Positions 41,343 through 55,717 of a stretch of DNA of 64,000 bases are shown here, in pieces. The position numbers and the translations under genes were made by a program. Position 1 is the first letter of the stretch. Every line of letters begins with the position of its first letter. The notes beneath the pieces were generated by a model. It did not search any database. It had not been told where the DNA came from and saw only the letters and a program-made list of their open reading frames with translations. This DNA comes from Ruditapes philippinarum. Taxonomy: Eukaryota. The stretch spans positions 310,001 to 374,000 of the forward strand of contig NW_026863843.1 in NCBI RefSeq assembly GCF_026571515.1, in the 5' to 3' direction.

Positions 41343-42450
41343 GAACAAGCAAATTCGTTGAATTTATATCCCCCGCCGAGTACTGGTTATTATTAACACA
41401 ACAACTGAAGACATAAGGCTTTATTTATATATTAATCATGGCATAAACTGTAAAATTCTTTGAACTTGAAGCCTTGTACCTTCAAACAAGAAGAGATTTT
41501 AAGTTTTCACTATATACATATAAGGAAAATCTATGACCCCCTGGAGTGGGGCCAATTTTGACCCCAGGGCTAAAATTTGAACAATTTTGGCAGAAGACCT
41601 AAATGTTATATCATATACCAAATATCAAAGCTCTAGGCCTTGTACTGTCAGACAAGATTTTTTAATTTTGCATTTTTGAAACTCCTTTTCTGGCCCCGTG
41701 TGACTGATGATTGTGATTGAAAATTACAAAATTTTACTAAGTCAAGGGCAATAACTCTAAAAATACTAAAAATATCTAGACGAAAATACCCAGGTGCACA
41801 ACTGCACATGCTGATCAACATTCCCATAAAGTTTCGTTGAATTCTAGCCATTAGTTGCAGAGAACTACTCTGGAAACGAAATTCGGACAAAATTTTACTA
41901 AGTCAAGGGCAATAACTCTAAAATTACTAAAAATATCCAGACGAAAATACCCAGGTGCACAACTACACATACTGATCAACATTCCTGTAAAGTTTCATGA
42001 CTCTAGGTCAAATACTTTTTGAGTTACATGCGACACAAGTTGAAAATTACAAAATTTTACTAAGTCAAGGGCAATAACTCTAAAAATACTAAAAATATCC
42101 AGACGAAAATACCCAGGTGCACAACTTCACATGCTGATCAACATTCCCATAAAGTTTCGTTGAATTCCAGCCATTAGTTGCAGAGAACTACTCCGGAAAC
42201 GAAATTCTAAGTCAAGGGCAATAACTCTAAAAATACTAAAAATATCCAGACGAAAATACCCAGGTGCACAACTTCACATGCTGATCAACATTCCCATAAA
42301 GTTTCATTGAATTCCAGCCATTAGTTGCAGAGAACTACTCCAGAAACGAAATTCGGACGGACGGATGGACGGACGGACGGACAGACGGACGGACGGAAGG
42401 ACAACGCCAAAACTATATCCCCCTCCCGATTCCATCAGCGGGGGATAACA
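41343..42450 (+). mobile_element. Second family of satellite-carrying non-autonomous element, about 4 monomers plus (GGAC)n
   Basis: Head AACAAGCAAATTC...TATATCCCCCGCC, repeats CTAAGTCAAGGGCAATAACTCTAAAAATAC..., (GGAC)n at 42355-42402, terminal TATCCCCC...GGGGGATA hairpin. Confidence 0.85.
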
Positions 42451-42506
42451 AAAAACAAAATTTAAATACAAAATTATATCTTATTATTAATCTATTGATT
42501 ACAAAC

Positions 42507-42594
42507 CATTTTCATCAGCAAATTGTTTAGCTTCCTCATATGTAACATCTCTTTGTGCTTCTAAATCTGACTTGTTCCCAATCAAAAATATTAC
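42507..42594 (-). CDS. RAB14: Rab14 coding exon 5 (G4 box NKSD)
   Basis: [29 protein letters not shown]. Confidence 0.95.
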
Positions 42595-42681
42595 CTAAAA
42601 TCAACAAATAAATCAACTGTTGACATTCTGATATTGATGTCATGCAATGGAAATATTATATATGTATATCATTTAAAACTC

Positions 42682-43628
42682 CAGCTATCAATATATGTGA
42701 TAAATTCCCCCGCAAGACTGCTTCAGAAATGAGGAAGTCACTAGTAAAAGAATAACTTGTATAATTTAAATAGAGTTATAGTTGGCGGCAAATAAAGATA
42801 GTTGTAGTTCTTTTATGTTGCATTTCCTTCCCCTGTGGTTGACCATTGATGAAGTTTTATTGAATTACTCTGTAATAAGTCCAGATAGAGTTACGGTTCT
42901 TCAGCACTGCACTTTCTCTCATTGCGCTTTTTGACCATTGTATGAAGTTGCATTGAATTCCAAACATTAGTTTACAAGTTATGCACTGGACAAGAAAAAG
43001 TAACAAAGGGAAATAAATATGTAATTAGTCCAAATAGAGCTATGGTTCTTGCGCATTGCACTTCATCTTACTTCGCTTTACCATTGTATGAAGTTGTACT
43101 GAATTCCTAACATTAGTTTTGTTTTCAAGTAATGCACTGGACAAAAAAAAGTTACAAGGGCAATAACTATGTAATTAGTCCAAATAGAGTTATGGTTCTT
43201 GGGCACTGCACTTCATTTCACTGCGCTTGACCATTGTATTAAGTTGCAATGAATTCCAACTAGTTATGCTCCAGACAAGGAAAATGCAATGAAAAAGTAA
43301 CAAAGGAAAACAACTCTATAATTACTTAAGATAGAGTTATGGACCATGTGCACTGCATGTCCTCTTATTGTGCTTGAACATTGTATGAAGTTGGTTTGAA
43401 TTCCAACCAGTACTTTTCAAGTTATGCTCTGGACATGGAAAAGTATCAAAGGGCAATAAATTTGTAATTAGTTTAAATAGAGTTATGGTTCTTGCGCACT
43501 GCACTTCCTCTCAATGTGCTTGGCCATTGTATGAAGTTGTATTGTATTCCAACCATTAGTCTTCAAGTTATGCTCTGGACAAAACACAATGGAAAAGTAA
43601 CAAACTGCAATAAATCTGTAATTACTTA
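42682..43628 (+). mobile_element. Older, 3'-truncated copy of the 31749-33622 satellite element
   Basis: Same head (CCCCCGCAAGACTGCTTCAGAAATGAGG) and 5-6 diverged monomers. Confidence 0.85.
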
Positions 43629-43838
43629 TTATTTAAAAGTAATGTTAACCTTTTCTTTAGATTTACATATAACACACATATTAGAAAAACTTGAAATACT
43701 GCTGGTAGCCAAACTGCTGTATTTGATAATAAAATCCCTTCAAATTTTAATGAACTTTCCCAAATTCAAAAGTAGGACCAGTCAATTACACAAATTCAGC
43801 AGATTTAAGGTTAAAAAAATATATACATATCTACTTAC

Positions 43839-43905
43839 AGTATTTGGATTAGTTAAATTTCTCGCATCTGTTAACCAGCTACTTAAATGGTTATATGTAC
43901 TTCTC
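43839..43905 (-). CDS. RAB14: Rab14 coding exon 4
   Basis: [22 protein letters not shown], bounded by ag/gtaagt. Confidence 0.96.
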
Positions 43906-44866
43906 CTGAAAGAACAAGTTCTCAATTTTATGACAAAGCTAAAATAGGATAACACAAAATAACAATAAGTTGACTCAAAAGGGTCAACAAGGCAAAATAC
44001 AAATTATTCAGTTATTAATTTCTTTGCAACTGTTTGCCTTTTGGGGAAGTTGACTACTCAACAAAAAGGACACAGTTTCTATAACTTGATAGGGCCATGT
44101 GTAAAGATGGAGACAGCTGGGGGGAAATACATGCCACATTTATGTAAACTGTACAAATGAAGTATCAGTGTCTACAGCAGAGATAACTATGTAAAACTGA
44201 TGTCACAGTTAAGATTACTTACAAGTATCATGGAACTGATTTTGAAGCCAAGTGCTTCCAATATAAAGTCACAGGTTCTAGCAGAGAATGGTACAAATAC
44301 TGATCAAAATTTTAAATAGGTAACAACCTCAATTATCAAAATGTGTAAAAGGGGACATCTTGGTATAACAAATGCTACAGTTATTTAACTTTGGGAGGAT
44401 CAAGGTCTTTGTATTGGTATGTGGGTATAGCCTGAAGCCAATGGTACATGTAGAACACAAGTTACATCTAACAAGATGAAATAAGTAAACCATTCCAGTT
44501 TTTTAAACTGCATAAAGTTAGAGAAATGGTGAGAAATAGGGTAATGTATCTAAGAAATGTCCCAGGATCACTGTTCTACACTAACAATTGAACAATTGAT
44601 ATTGTTCCCAATTTGTAGTAAAGAATTTTTCTATCTGAAATATCGTTTGGAGAAATAAACCAAGAGAACTTTTTTTTCAATCTAGAATAAAGATGATGGT
44701 CTTTGTCATAGTAAGTAAGTAAAGTTTAAAGTCAATGGTAAAAGTAGAACTGAATATCCAACTTGCCAAAATAGATAAACTACCAATAATGAACAAACAA
44801 TCATGTAAGATGATGCTACATTTATGAAACTAAATGCTTTGAAACTTGTTATTTGATATTTTATTA

Positions 44867-45773
<907 letters not shown>

Positions 45774-46156
45774 CTAAAAAATGTGTCACACATTCTTAAA
45801 GCAACTGGGATAACTTTAACTTTCTTTTTATAATGTTTTAAATATTTGTAATTTAGTTATTTGCATTTTACATTTTCCTACTGAAGTTTGGTAATTATCT
45901 GCAAGTGAATAAGTCATTGCTTATATAGTGCTTATATGGAAGAAAGTGAATATAATATTATAGTATTAGTAGTGTATTACTTTTACACTAAAAATATGTA
46001 TATGGATATAGGTTTTTTCCTAAGCTAACTATTAAGCTTCCAATGGATAGTATTGTTTGGTTTCTTTCCTTTCTTTCACAATCGCACTACTTTATCTCCA
46101 AACATTTAATTTCACTGTGATGTTTTTGTCTACTGCAATTGTGACTGGAAACTTAC

Positions 46157-46202
46157 CTAGTACCAAATTCCACACCTATAGTATGAGGACAATCTGCCAT
46201 AA
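46157..46202 (-). CDS. RAB14: Rab14 coding exon 2 (switch I)
   Basis: (F)MADCPHTIGVEFGT(R), 46 nt. Confidence 0.96.
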
Positions 46203-46936
46203 CTGTAATATAAGTAAACTTATATCAATTATCAGGATTACAGGACATGAATAATTCAATTATATGTACATGATAAAATATGCAACAGTTTGCTATATAA
46301 TGGCATATAATGTCATTACAACAGTTCAAACCCATTACACTACTTTTTTTTTCTACTTCTTACTTAAGCAAGATATTCCTCTTAAATAAAATGTTTTAAA
46401 ATTCCTTGAGCAATTTGTTGGAACTTGTTTAGTTTCATACTACATGTTGTATGTTTAACATAAAATATTATGACATTATATATTATTTCAAAACTACAAA
46501 TATTGGACAAATTAAGTATTATCTTATTTTAACAAAATATCATGTTAATTTTATTTTTAGAGCCTTTCCTTCAATAACAAATACAGCAGTATTTGACTCT
46601 TGATTTTACCTCCTCATGCTGAGTCAATATAACATGCTTCCAACACCCCTCTAAAGAATATAATTATCCCCCTAAACTGATATCAAAAATGACCAAATGA
46701 TTTTTTTGTATTAAATATAAGAAAGACAAAAAGATAATTTATGGGTCTTGCCCAGCCACCTACATGATTGGGTCACTATGACCTTAAAGAAATAAGTAAA
46801 GTTTTAGGTGAATACATTCAAATGAAATGTTATTGAAGTTATAAACATATATCCATTGTACTTCAGTGATTGTTGTTGTGGTTTAATAAAACTGTAACAT
46901 GTATACATGTACCTGTTACAGTATTGATAAGAAAAT

Positions 46937-47726
46937 TGTAATGTCTATGTGACATATTTACATTGGACAAGGGACAATACTCTTGCTTTACTGTTGGATT
47001 TTATAATTTAGCAAAGGGAGACAAATCCGTCAGTCTTGTCTGATACCTTTCAAGGGAGACTACTCTATTGGTTTTAACTGATTTTATCTTGTGTTTACAT
47101 TGGTCAGTATTCTAAGAATTGGTTCACAGATCAATGGTTTTAAGCTATTTTTATGTCATGTGATTTCTTGGTGGGAAAAAGTCATTGTGTCTTTGTTATG
47201 TTGTAAAGGAGAGGTTAGAAAAATTAGTGTTTGTGGTCAAGTTCTTTATTACCTAAGTTGTTAACAGTCACTGGTGTGATAGTCAGAGAGGTAATAATTA
47301 GATTGATGTACTGCACTCATCCCTCAGATGGTAAGTTACATGTGTGATGTATTGTGTATTGTTTAAAAGGTAAAATATGTTAATTGTGTGTATAATTCCA
47401 TAAGCTATGATATTATATTTAAAGGACTGTTGTTGAGGGTAAAGAACTGAATTGGCCACTAGACATGTAATTGATTATGTAAGATATGATAATAATTAAT
47501 GCATTGTTTCTACTTTATTTTACTTTATATTTACATATTGTTATATACTTATTTCAGAGTGTTGTTGGTTTGTACCTACAGAATCTACTTGTTTGATGTG
47601 ATCAGTATATAAACAGGATAGAACTTTACAGCTGTTTGTTGATTTGATTTTAACAATCCCGAACTCATTTGACCCTTAGGGGCTCGGATAATTATATTTA
47701 TATTGCGCCGAACCACCCCTATTACA
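46937..47726. mobile_element. Possible solo LTR
   Basis: TGTAAT...ATTACA inverted termini, compositionally distinct TG-rich interior and CpG-containing end. No TSD found. Confidence 0.3.
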
Positions 47727-48227
47727 CATATGATACAGGAAATTATTGTACAATAGTATACCTAATATGACTAATGTCTTAACAGATAAAAATGTTCACA
47801 AAATGTTTACCCTGCAAACTGTTTTTAACTATTTACAAATGCTATCTTAGTCTATAGTGGCTATTCATATACAATTCAGCATGTAGGTTAGTGCTAGGAA
47901 CAGATCAATACTGTATGTTGTTAATTCATGACAATAATCTAATTAATTCAATGAGAGATTAAACAATTGTCTAAAAAGCTGTCACACTACAATGTTAACA
48001 GTTATTCCTTCAATACATGTATATCTACAATCCTTAATATTTAAAATGATTGAATTTTATCCTACTGATTAACTTCATTAAAACATGATATATATCAGTT
48101 TAACAACAACAACAACAACAACATGTAAGAATTATAGTTTTATCACTCTTTTTGGCATAACATTTCATGTATTATATTTACTAACATGTGCTGTTACGAC
48201 ATGCATGTACTTACATACATACTTACT

Positions 48228-48430
48228 GGGGGCATGGCTGAGTGGTTAACATGTTGCACAAATAATAAGCCTAAAGATTGTTGGCTGAGTTGGATCAAAC
48301 CCTGTTAGGGGCAAGACATTGTTTTCATGAGAAAGAACCTTAACACTCATTGCCAAGTAGTTGAAGTACTAGCTGGTTCCAGGAACAGATCTGAGAGTGT
48401 TTCAAAATAGCTTCCAACACAATCAAACTA
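48228..48430 (+). mobile_element. Decayed tRNA-derived SINE
   Basis: A box TGGCTGAGTGG, degenerate B box GGATCAAACC, A-rich tail. Confidence 0.55.
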
Positions 48431-48449
48431 AAACAAATTACTTAATTTA

Positions 48450-48578
<129 letters not shown>

Positions 48579-49374
48579 TCACACAACTACCTGAAATATA
48601 AAACAAAACAAAAATATAAAATTGATGAATTTAAAATTTTACTACAAGTCAGACTGTCTTCAAGTACAATTTCCTATTTTATTTTGAAATAAAATAATAC
48701 CAAGTTGAAGTAATGGTAACAACACCATGTAACTGTAGCTGGCCCAGGATCTAAATTAAAATAATATTGCAACTAGAAATGTGTCCCCCAACTTCATTTG
48801 CCAGTCACAGAACTTTGCATTTTACATACTTACATATATTTCATAAAGCACAAGTGATATATTAATAATTAAAATTTACAACTTTGTGACTTTATTTGTC
48901 AATGAATTCCTGACAAAGTACCAGTAAGTAAGAGTAACTGTTTTTTGATATGAAGATTACTGTTTCTAGTTTTTTCTCTTTATTTTAAAATGTCTGTATG
49001 AGAAGGATGAAAAGCAAAGTTGGGGAGGTAAGGTTGAGCATAAGCAGATTAAAAACAATGATGTTTTACTTTCTTGAGTCATTAGAGGCTGAGCATATTA
49101 AAGTGTTAATACTGCTAAATGCCGTAAATGGTGCTTCTTTGTATTTTTTAAAATGAACCTTTAAAGATCAGCCCATATTCAACTCCAAGTATTTTAGAGT
49201 ATCTTAATAAGTATCAAAGATACACATTCCTTTGGCTTCAAACAAAGTAAAAAACAAACAGCAATTACAAATCTCTCAAACTTCAGCATTGTCAGATAAA
49301 AGAAAAATCGCCAGATAGTGATACCTCAACAATGAATCATTACTGTATCATAGCAATAATCATGATTCAGAGAT

Positions 49375-49577
49375 TTTTTGTTTGATTTGGGTTTACGTCA
49401 CTCCGACACAGTGTAGGTCATATGGCGACGTTCCAGCTTTACTGGTGGAGGAATACCTCAGGTGCCCTTCTGTGCAGTATTCCAGGCACGAACGGGCACC
49501 TGAGTAGAACCACCGACGTTCCGTAAGCTAGCTTGATAGCTTCCTCACATGAAAGAATCCAAAGTCCCTGTCGGGAT
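49375..49577 (-). mobile_element. SINE-like interspersed repeat fragment
   Basis: GC/CpG-rich block with a T-rich end. Homologous pieces at about 40695-40746 (GGTCATATGGCGAC) and 41129-41250 (GCTAGCTTGATAGCTT). Confidence 0.6.
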
Positions 49578-50961
49578 CATGATTCAGAGATATATCAATA
49601 ATATATGACCATCTCAAGCAATTACGTGTTATCAAAATCATTGGACACTAAGACTTAAATATGATTTTTAGCCACGGGAGTCAATATGGCTAGTTGACTA
49701 TCCAGTATCCTTGACTTTCATTTTAGAGCTAGATTACACTTTGTAATTTTATTACATATAATTTCTGAAATCAGAATATGTACATATATGTAGAAAGTGT
49801 TGTATCAGTGACTGTGAATTTAGCATTATACAACCTACAGTACTATAGGTTTTCAGCGTCAGGAGTGATAACACATTTATATCTTTTTTCCTGCTGTCTT
49901 TTGGATTTCTTCACTGATTTATTAAACACCTGAATAATATCAAGTGCTTTCACCTAAGTGGGCGACTAAAGAACATCTTTATCATCTTATTTACTTTAGG
50001 CTCGTACACAAATATTTTTTTTAAATATTCTGCCGAGTTAACCTTTTATCAAGCAAAATTCTCTTCCTCTAGAGTATATACGGTATATACTCTAGAGGAA
50101 GAGGAAGGTATTACCCCCAAGCCCATTTCTTAAAAATATTCCCCTCAATGTTGTTTTGTTGAGATTCATTTTATGACGTCATAAACATTTCAATGTAGTT
50201 TGAAATAATATTGGTATTCTAATTTATATCATAATTTGACTTTTTTTAGCAATTAATTAGTAGCATGGGAGCAATCCCATTCCCATACATAGATATGTAC
50301 TTGGTAAGGATCATATGGTAAGCACAGATACTGATGTAAGTTATAACAGTAACGTTTAGATGAATAGCATCAGCACCCACTAAATATAGTTGTCATATAT
50401 GATGTATATGCTTGCCTTAGTGGTAATTATCTTGGTGGCAAGGGTACTGAGGTAATAATTTGAGAGAAAAGGAAAATAGATTTTATAATGACACAATTTT
50501 CCCTGCCACCATCCCCCTAAACGTGGGACAAAAACACTGGTCACTTATGATGAACCATCTTTTTATATTTTGGAATCTATACAAATGGATTATGAGTGAA
50601 ATAACAAGGGTTGAGGTGAATCATCTTGCCACTTTCTAGAAAATTAGGTTTTGATAGATCTACATTCAAAAATTTATTATTTACATTAAACAATGACACA
50701 CATGACATTATGAATACAATAAAGTTAATTTGTACTTTTATTCTATTAACGCCTTATCATGACAACTATTTCGGCTTTTCTCCTCACATGACGAATAAAT
50801 TTTTGGACGAAAATTTCTTAGACTTCCGTGTAAACATCAGGAATTTTATCAATTTAAACTAAGATATAAAAGGAATGAGCACAAGACAATTTTCATATAA
50901 GAAAGAAAATGTATTTCTATCGCTTTCGATTACTACGGCGGTATAATAACCACGTTTTTAC

Positions 50962-51090
50962 CTTCCAAAGTATTGAAATTTCTATTAGGTTTGTATTGGC
51001 CAGGTCAACCACCAATATGGCTGTCAAATGACGTCACTGGGGCGCTGCAAAGGGAGGTAATTATACGGTGTCGTCAAAATTACAACCTTA
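50962..51090 (-). promoter_or_regulatory. Probable Rab14 non-coding first exon and promoter
   Basis: Minus-strand donor GAAG|gtaaaa at 50962, CpG-rich context, CCAAT at 51011, CRE TGACGTCA at 51029. Confidence 0.6.
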
Positions 51091-51773
51091 GGCCTAAGGA
51101 CACTAAATTAATATTTTTTTTTATTTATTACAAATTTACGTCTCGATTGGACAGCCGGTTGTTAACAAAGTTACAAACAATATGAAAGTGCAACCATTTT
51201 GGTGAATTTCAGGTGACTAACATTTATAGTCTTTCATACGGGAACTGTGAATGGTATTAACAAGTTACTTGATGCCACATATACACCTGTACACATTTTA
51301 ATAATATCAATGCATATTGCCGGCTCGCCACGGCGAGCCGGTATTACGTTAGGATTTTACTGAGAAACAACCTAAAACTCCGAAACCATCCAAAAATTTA
51401 ATTGAAGCTTTGCTTCCAGCTTTCTACAAAATTTATCTATCAGGGCTAGGATCCAAAATTATTTAGCCAATCAAATTTGATCTCATATAGCGTCAAAAAA
51501 CCTTCAATTTTCACGCCATTTTTAAAAAGCAGCAAGTATTGTTTTGAGCGCAAAGATATAATGATGATTAAAATGTTTGTTTTCATGGATTCTTTTCAAT
51601 AAATCATATTTACATTGACTTTTGATTTAGCGATTTCACCAGTCCTGTTTACTTTGTAGTAAGTTTTCGTTTGGTTAATTAACATGAACGACATCTGGTT
51701 CTGTGCATTTTTTTCTTTTTCCTTTTTTTCCGGTCATTTCATCCCTTCCGGTATATAGTGTATGTATTTACTG

Positions 51774-52212
51774 GCCGGGATCCGGGACGCCCGGGATCCG
51801 GGATCGTATAAGATAATAGAAGAAAATACTAATAAACTATATATGTGTTGATAATAGTCGTAATGAAAGGCCATTAAACGTTAAGTTTTTTTTTATTGTA
51901 TGTAATGAAAGTTAAATTGATTTAACTTAGGATATAGATATATTTAGAGCTATTTATTAACAAAATCACAATACTTATAATTATATGCCTAATTAATTGG
52001 AAAAATCAAAGACTATATTCTTGAATTGGTCAAATCCCGGGATCCCTATATGTTTTAATACGATCCCAGCTTTTCTGAAAACAATATTCTTGAACTGTCC
52101 AATTCCTGGGATCTCTTTATTTTTTAATATGATCCCGGCTTTTCTGAAAACTATATTCTTAAACTGGTCAATTTCCGGGATCCTATTTTTTTAATAGGAT
52201 CCCGGCTTTTCT
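51774..52212. repeat. CCGGGATCC-rich repeats including about three ~63-bp tandem units
   Basis: Repeated AAACTATATTCTTGAA..GGTCAA..CCGGGATCC..GATCCCGGCTTTT, probably subterminal repeats of a DNA transposon. Confidence 0.7.
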
Positions 52213-53467
52213 GGCTGAATTGATTGACAACTTGTGTTTACTTTAGAACTATTATAGAAGTCGGTGTAAAAAGCTCATCAGAGCTTATGTTTATTGTTGA
52301 TGTATCCGACTTGTAAATAAAATTTACTTGACTTGACTTGTATTTGTCACTTATTCCAATACTAAATAACATATTACAACTTAACTTCGTATAAAGAGAC
52401 ATTTTTATGAATTCTACTTATCTATTTTTTTCTGGTCAAGGTCAACAGGCCATATAGTAAATGTGCATAGACATAGGGACTTCATTCTATCTGTTTACAT
52501 GCATCTTCATATATACTCATATTCCTCTTTGTTAAACTGAGAGAACTGGCTTCCTTAACTTTATATGTCACTTTTATTTTGATGTTCGCTGAAGTCTTTT
52601 CAGCTAACAGAACTGTCATTTTTACATTTAAACACGCCCCTGGAAAGAAATTACGAAGCGAGTCGCTACTAGCTTTTTTAAAAGCTAACCTTGTTTGATC
52701 TATGTTATAGGCCTAATCACAATACTGTTTGATATTTTACGACAACAATGAAATATTTGAATTTATGTCTTTCTTTCAATTTCATGTGTGAGATGTCAAT
52801 ATTCAAGTTGCGGACTATGGACGACCATTTATAAAAGTTTCTTTTATTGTTTTGTCATTTCATTGTTTACTTTATTTTTTTTATATAAATCTGAGAGAAT
52901 GAGATACATTTGCAATACCTATTTTCCCCGACAAAATCATCATCGATTGATACAGCAAAGACTATCTGGAATCATGGGAATACGCGTATTATCATTTGTA
53001 AATTTGCTTAAAGGTATAATCATATTTAAAAAAAAAAACATTGAGAAAGGATGGTCCCTCGAAAGCATTAATTTTATCATACCAAAATAACATGAAAATT
53101 GCAGACTCGGTTTGATTGAATCTGTACAAGTGGGTTAATGAAAAGTGCAACATTCCTCACGCCCGTCTTAAAACATGCAATTGATTTTGTTAAGTTTTGT
53201 TGAGTTTATAACTTTATATTATAATTATACATAGGTGTATAGGTATATAGGTGATATCTTGCATACATGATACATGTATATGTTTTTACATCAGAGGTGA
53301 ATTACGCATCATCCACCAGTATATGTATTATAAAGATTCGTCAGTAATAATAAAAAGAAGAGCCACTGGTGAATACTAGTATCCAATATATTTTTGACAA
53401 TCTTTTGTTTCATTAATAATTTACGACAGAATTTTACTCATCTGTAGTATCCATACAATATATGATG

Positions 53468-55205
53468 GACACTGTTATGTCGTACTATGATCCGAATAAA
53501 GAACTCGAACTCACCGTTGATGCAAGTGGTGTAGGAGTCGCTGGAATATTGAGCCAGGATAATAAGATATAGAGGATTTTCATGTTTTTTCTATAAATAC
53601 ATGATTTATTTTCATCGAGTGGTATGAAAATAAATATTTCATGAGTGGCGGTAGCCACGAGTGAAATATGATAATTTTCATGCCACAAGATGAAAATAAA
53701 TCATGCATTTATAGAAAAAACTTGAATTTTCTGTTTATTATATACATTTTTCTTTTTTTTTTTGCGATAAAATTTGAAAGACTTTCCATTAAATTTTGTG
53801 TACTGGCAGAATTTAAAAGAAAGTAGTTTTGCGAGACACCAGTGAAAATACGGAAAATATGTTTCACTGCAGTGAAAAATAAATTTTTACAGTGAAAATA
53901 CGGAAAATGAAAATATGCATTTTATTTCATCAATATTTCTCAATATTTCATTTATAAGTATATAATAAAATAGCTTACTCAAGCAATTAAAGATTTGACA
54001 CCAGTTCAACAACGTTATTCTCAGTCAGAAAGAGAATGCTATGGACTCGTTGTGTCGAATGTATCTGTATGGAAAACCGTTCAAACTGATTACAGATGCC
54101 AAGTGTCTTTGAAGCAATCTTCAATCATCCAAAATCGAATCAGCCACTGAGATTCGAAAGGTGGAGACTTCGACTTGTAGATTATGATTTCCATGTACAG
54201 TACAAGAAAGGTTCTGAAAACCCTGCAGATTTTATGAGTCGACATCCTCTTGAAAATACAGCAGAAGAAGACACTATTCAGTCAATTTTAGCTGAACAAT
54301 ACGTGCAATTTGTATCTGAATGTGCCGTACCCAAAGCTATGACGTTAAATGAAATAGCATCCGCGACAACAGAAGATAAATTGTTGCCTACAGTGATAGA
54401 ATCTGTTAAAACAAATAAATGGAATAAAGAAATGCGCAAGAAAAACAAAAACTATGAACTTTTCTTCAGAATTCAGTGGTCCATATTGGACACCATACAG
54501 TTCTTTTAAGTGGCACCTAAAAACATGCATCAGAAGGTCATTGACATTGCCCACGAGTCACATAGCGGATTAGTGAAAACAAAACAATTGTTTATTTTAC
54601 GCGAAAAAGTTTGGTTAACTCTTATTGAATACAGTGAAATCTTGTATGACTTGTATAAGCATTGATCCACGAAATACAACAGAACCAATGAAGTTGTGCA
54701 GCCTACCAACACGAATTTGGGATGAAATCAGCGTTGATTTCTATGGACCCATTCCAAACTCACACGTATATCTTATGGTAGTGATTGATGACTACAATAA
54801 GTATCCGTTTGTAGAAACATTGCAAAATATTACAGCCGCAACAGTCATACCGAGGCAGAGAAATATTTTCTCTATGTTTGGGACAGTATCAGTTGTAAGA
54901 ACCGATAACGGATCTCCATTCCAAGGACGCGAATTTGCCAATTTCGCCTCAAAAATGGGATGTAAACACAGATTACATCCTGAAGCAAATGGAATCGCAG
55001 AACGTTTCATGAAAACGCTGACAAAAAGTGTTCTTGCTTCACATGTTCAAGAAAGAACTCAATACGTTCCTAATGAATTATCGTTCCGTTCCACATAGTA
55101 GTACCGTTGTTCCGCCAAGTACTTGAATGTTTGGTAGAAATATTCACACCAAGTGACCAGAATTTCGACCAAAGAAACCAGACAAATACGTATACTAAGA
55201 ACACG
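53468..55205 (+). pseudogene. Decayed Ty3/Gypsy pol (RNase H and integrase)
   Basis: Motifs YDPNKELELTVDAS, YSQSERE, RWRLRLVDYDF, NPADFMSR, SVDFYGP, TDNGSPF and HPEANGIAERF, broken by frameshifts, stops and an insertion. Confidence 0.93.
53566..53968. mobile_element. Hairpin-bearing non-autonomous element inserted in the Gypsy RNase H (Crypton-like, tentative)
   Basis: Splits GILSQD from IAYSS, with ATAATAA on both sides and a ~150-bp internal fold-back at about 53580-53730. Confidence 0.8.
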
Positions 55206-55611
55206 CGACAAAATTTATCGTTAATCGTTAAATCGTTAATTTGGTCAAATACTGGAGTCGTAATTTTGTAGTACAGTATACTCTAGTGATTCATTCTGTG
55301 TTATTTCATTCATAAAACAATGGAATTGTTAACAACGTAATCAGAACATAATGGAAATTATATTAAAAGCAGACCAAATGGGAAATACCAATTAACTTAT
55401 AATTTGACAGCCAGAGACATTACAGACTTGTCACCCAGTGATAATTACACTTTGGATATCATATAACTTTGTTTTGCTTTGATAACTTTTCACATTAATA
55501 ACAGACCTACTTGATAACATTTTGTTTAGAGCATGAGAACTTTTAGAATTGATGACATAAACGAAATGACATTTTAATGTTTTATTATTTCAAGATGATT
55601 AGATTTTAAGT

Positions 55612-55717
55612 ATAGGTTAGTGTTTAATAATATGTATTAACAAAAATAAATGGTCAAGCCTGCCGCAGACAGGCGACCAATTATTTTTGTTAATGCATAT
55701 TATTAAACATTAACCTA
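55612..55717. mobile_element. Fold-back repeat, about 105 bp
   Basis: ATAGGTTAGTGTTTAATAATATGTATTAACAAAAATAA / TTATTTTTGTTAATGCATATTATTAAACATTAACCTAT arms around a GC-rich loop. Confidence 0.75.

Noticed and set aside
43492-43947. 151-aa plus-strand ORF
   Set aside because: Composite of satellite sequence and the antisense of Rab14 exon 4
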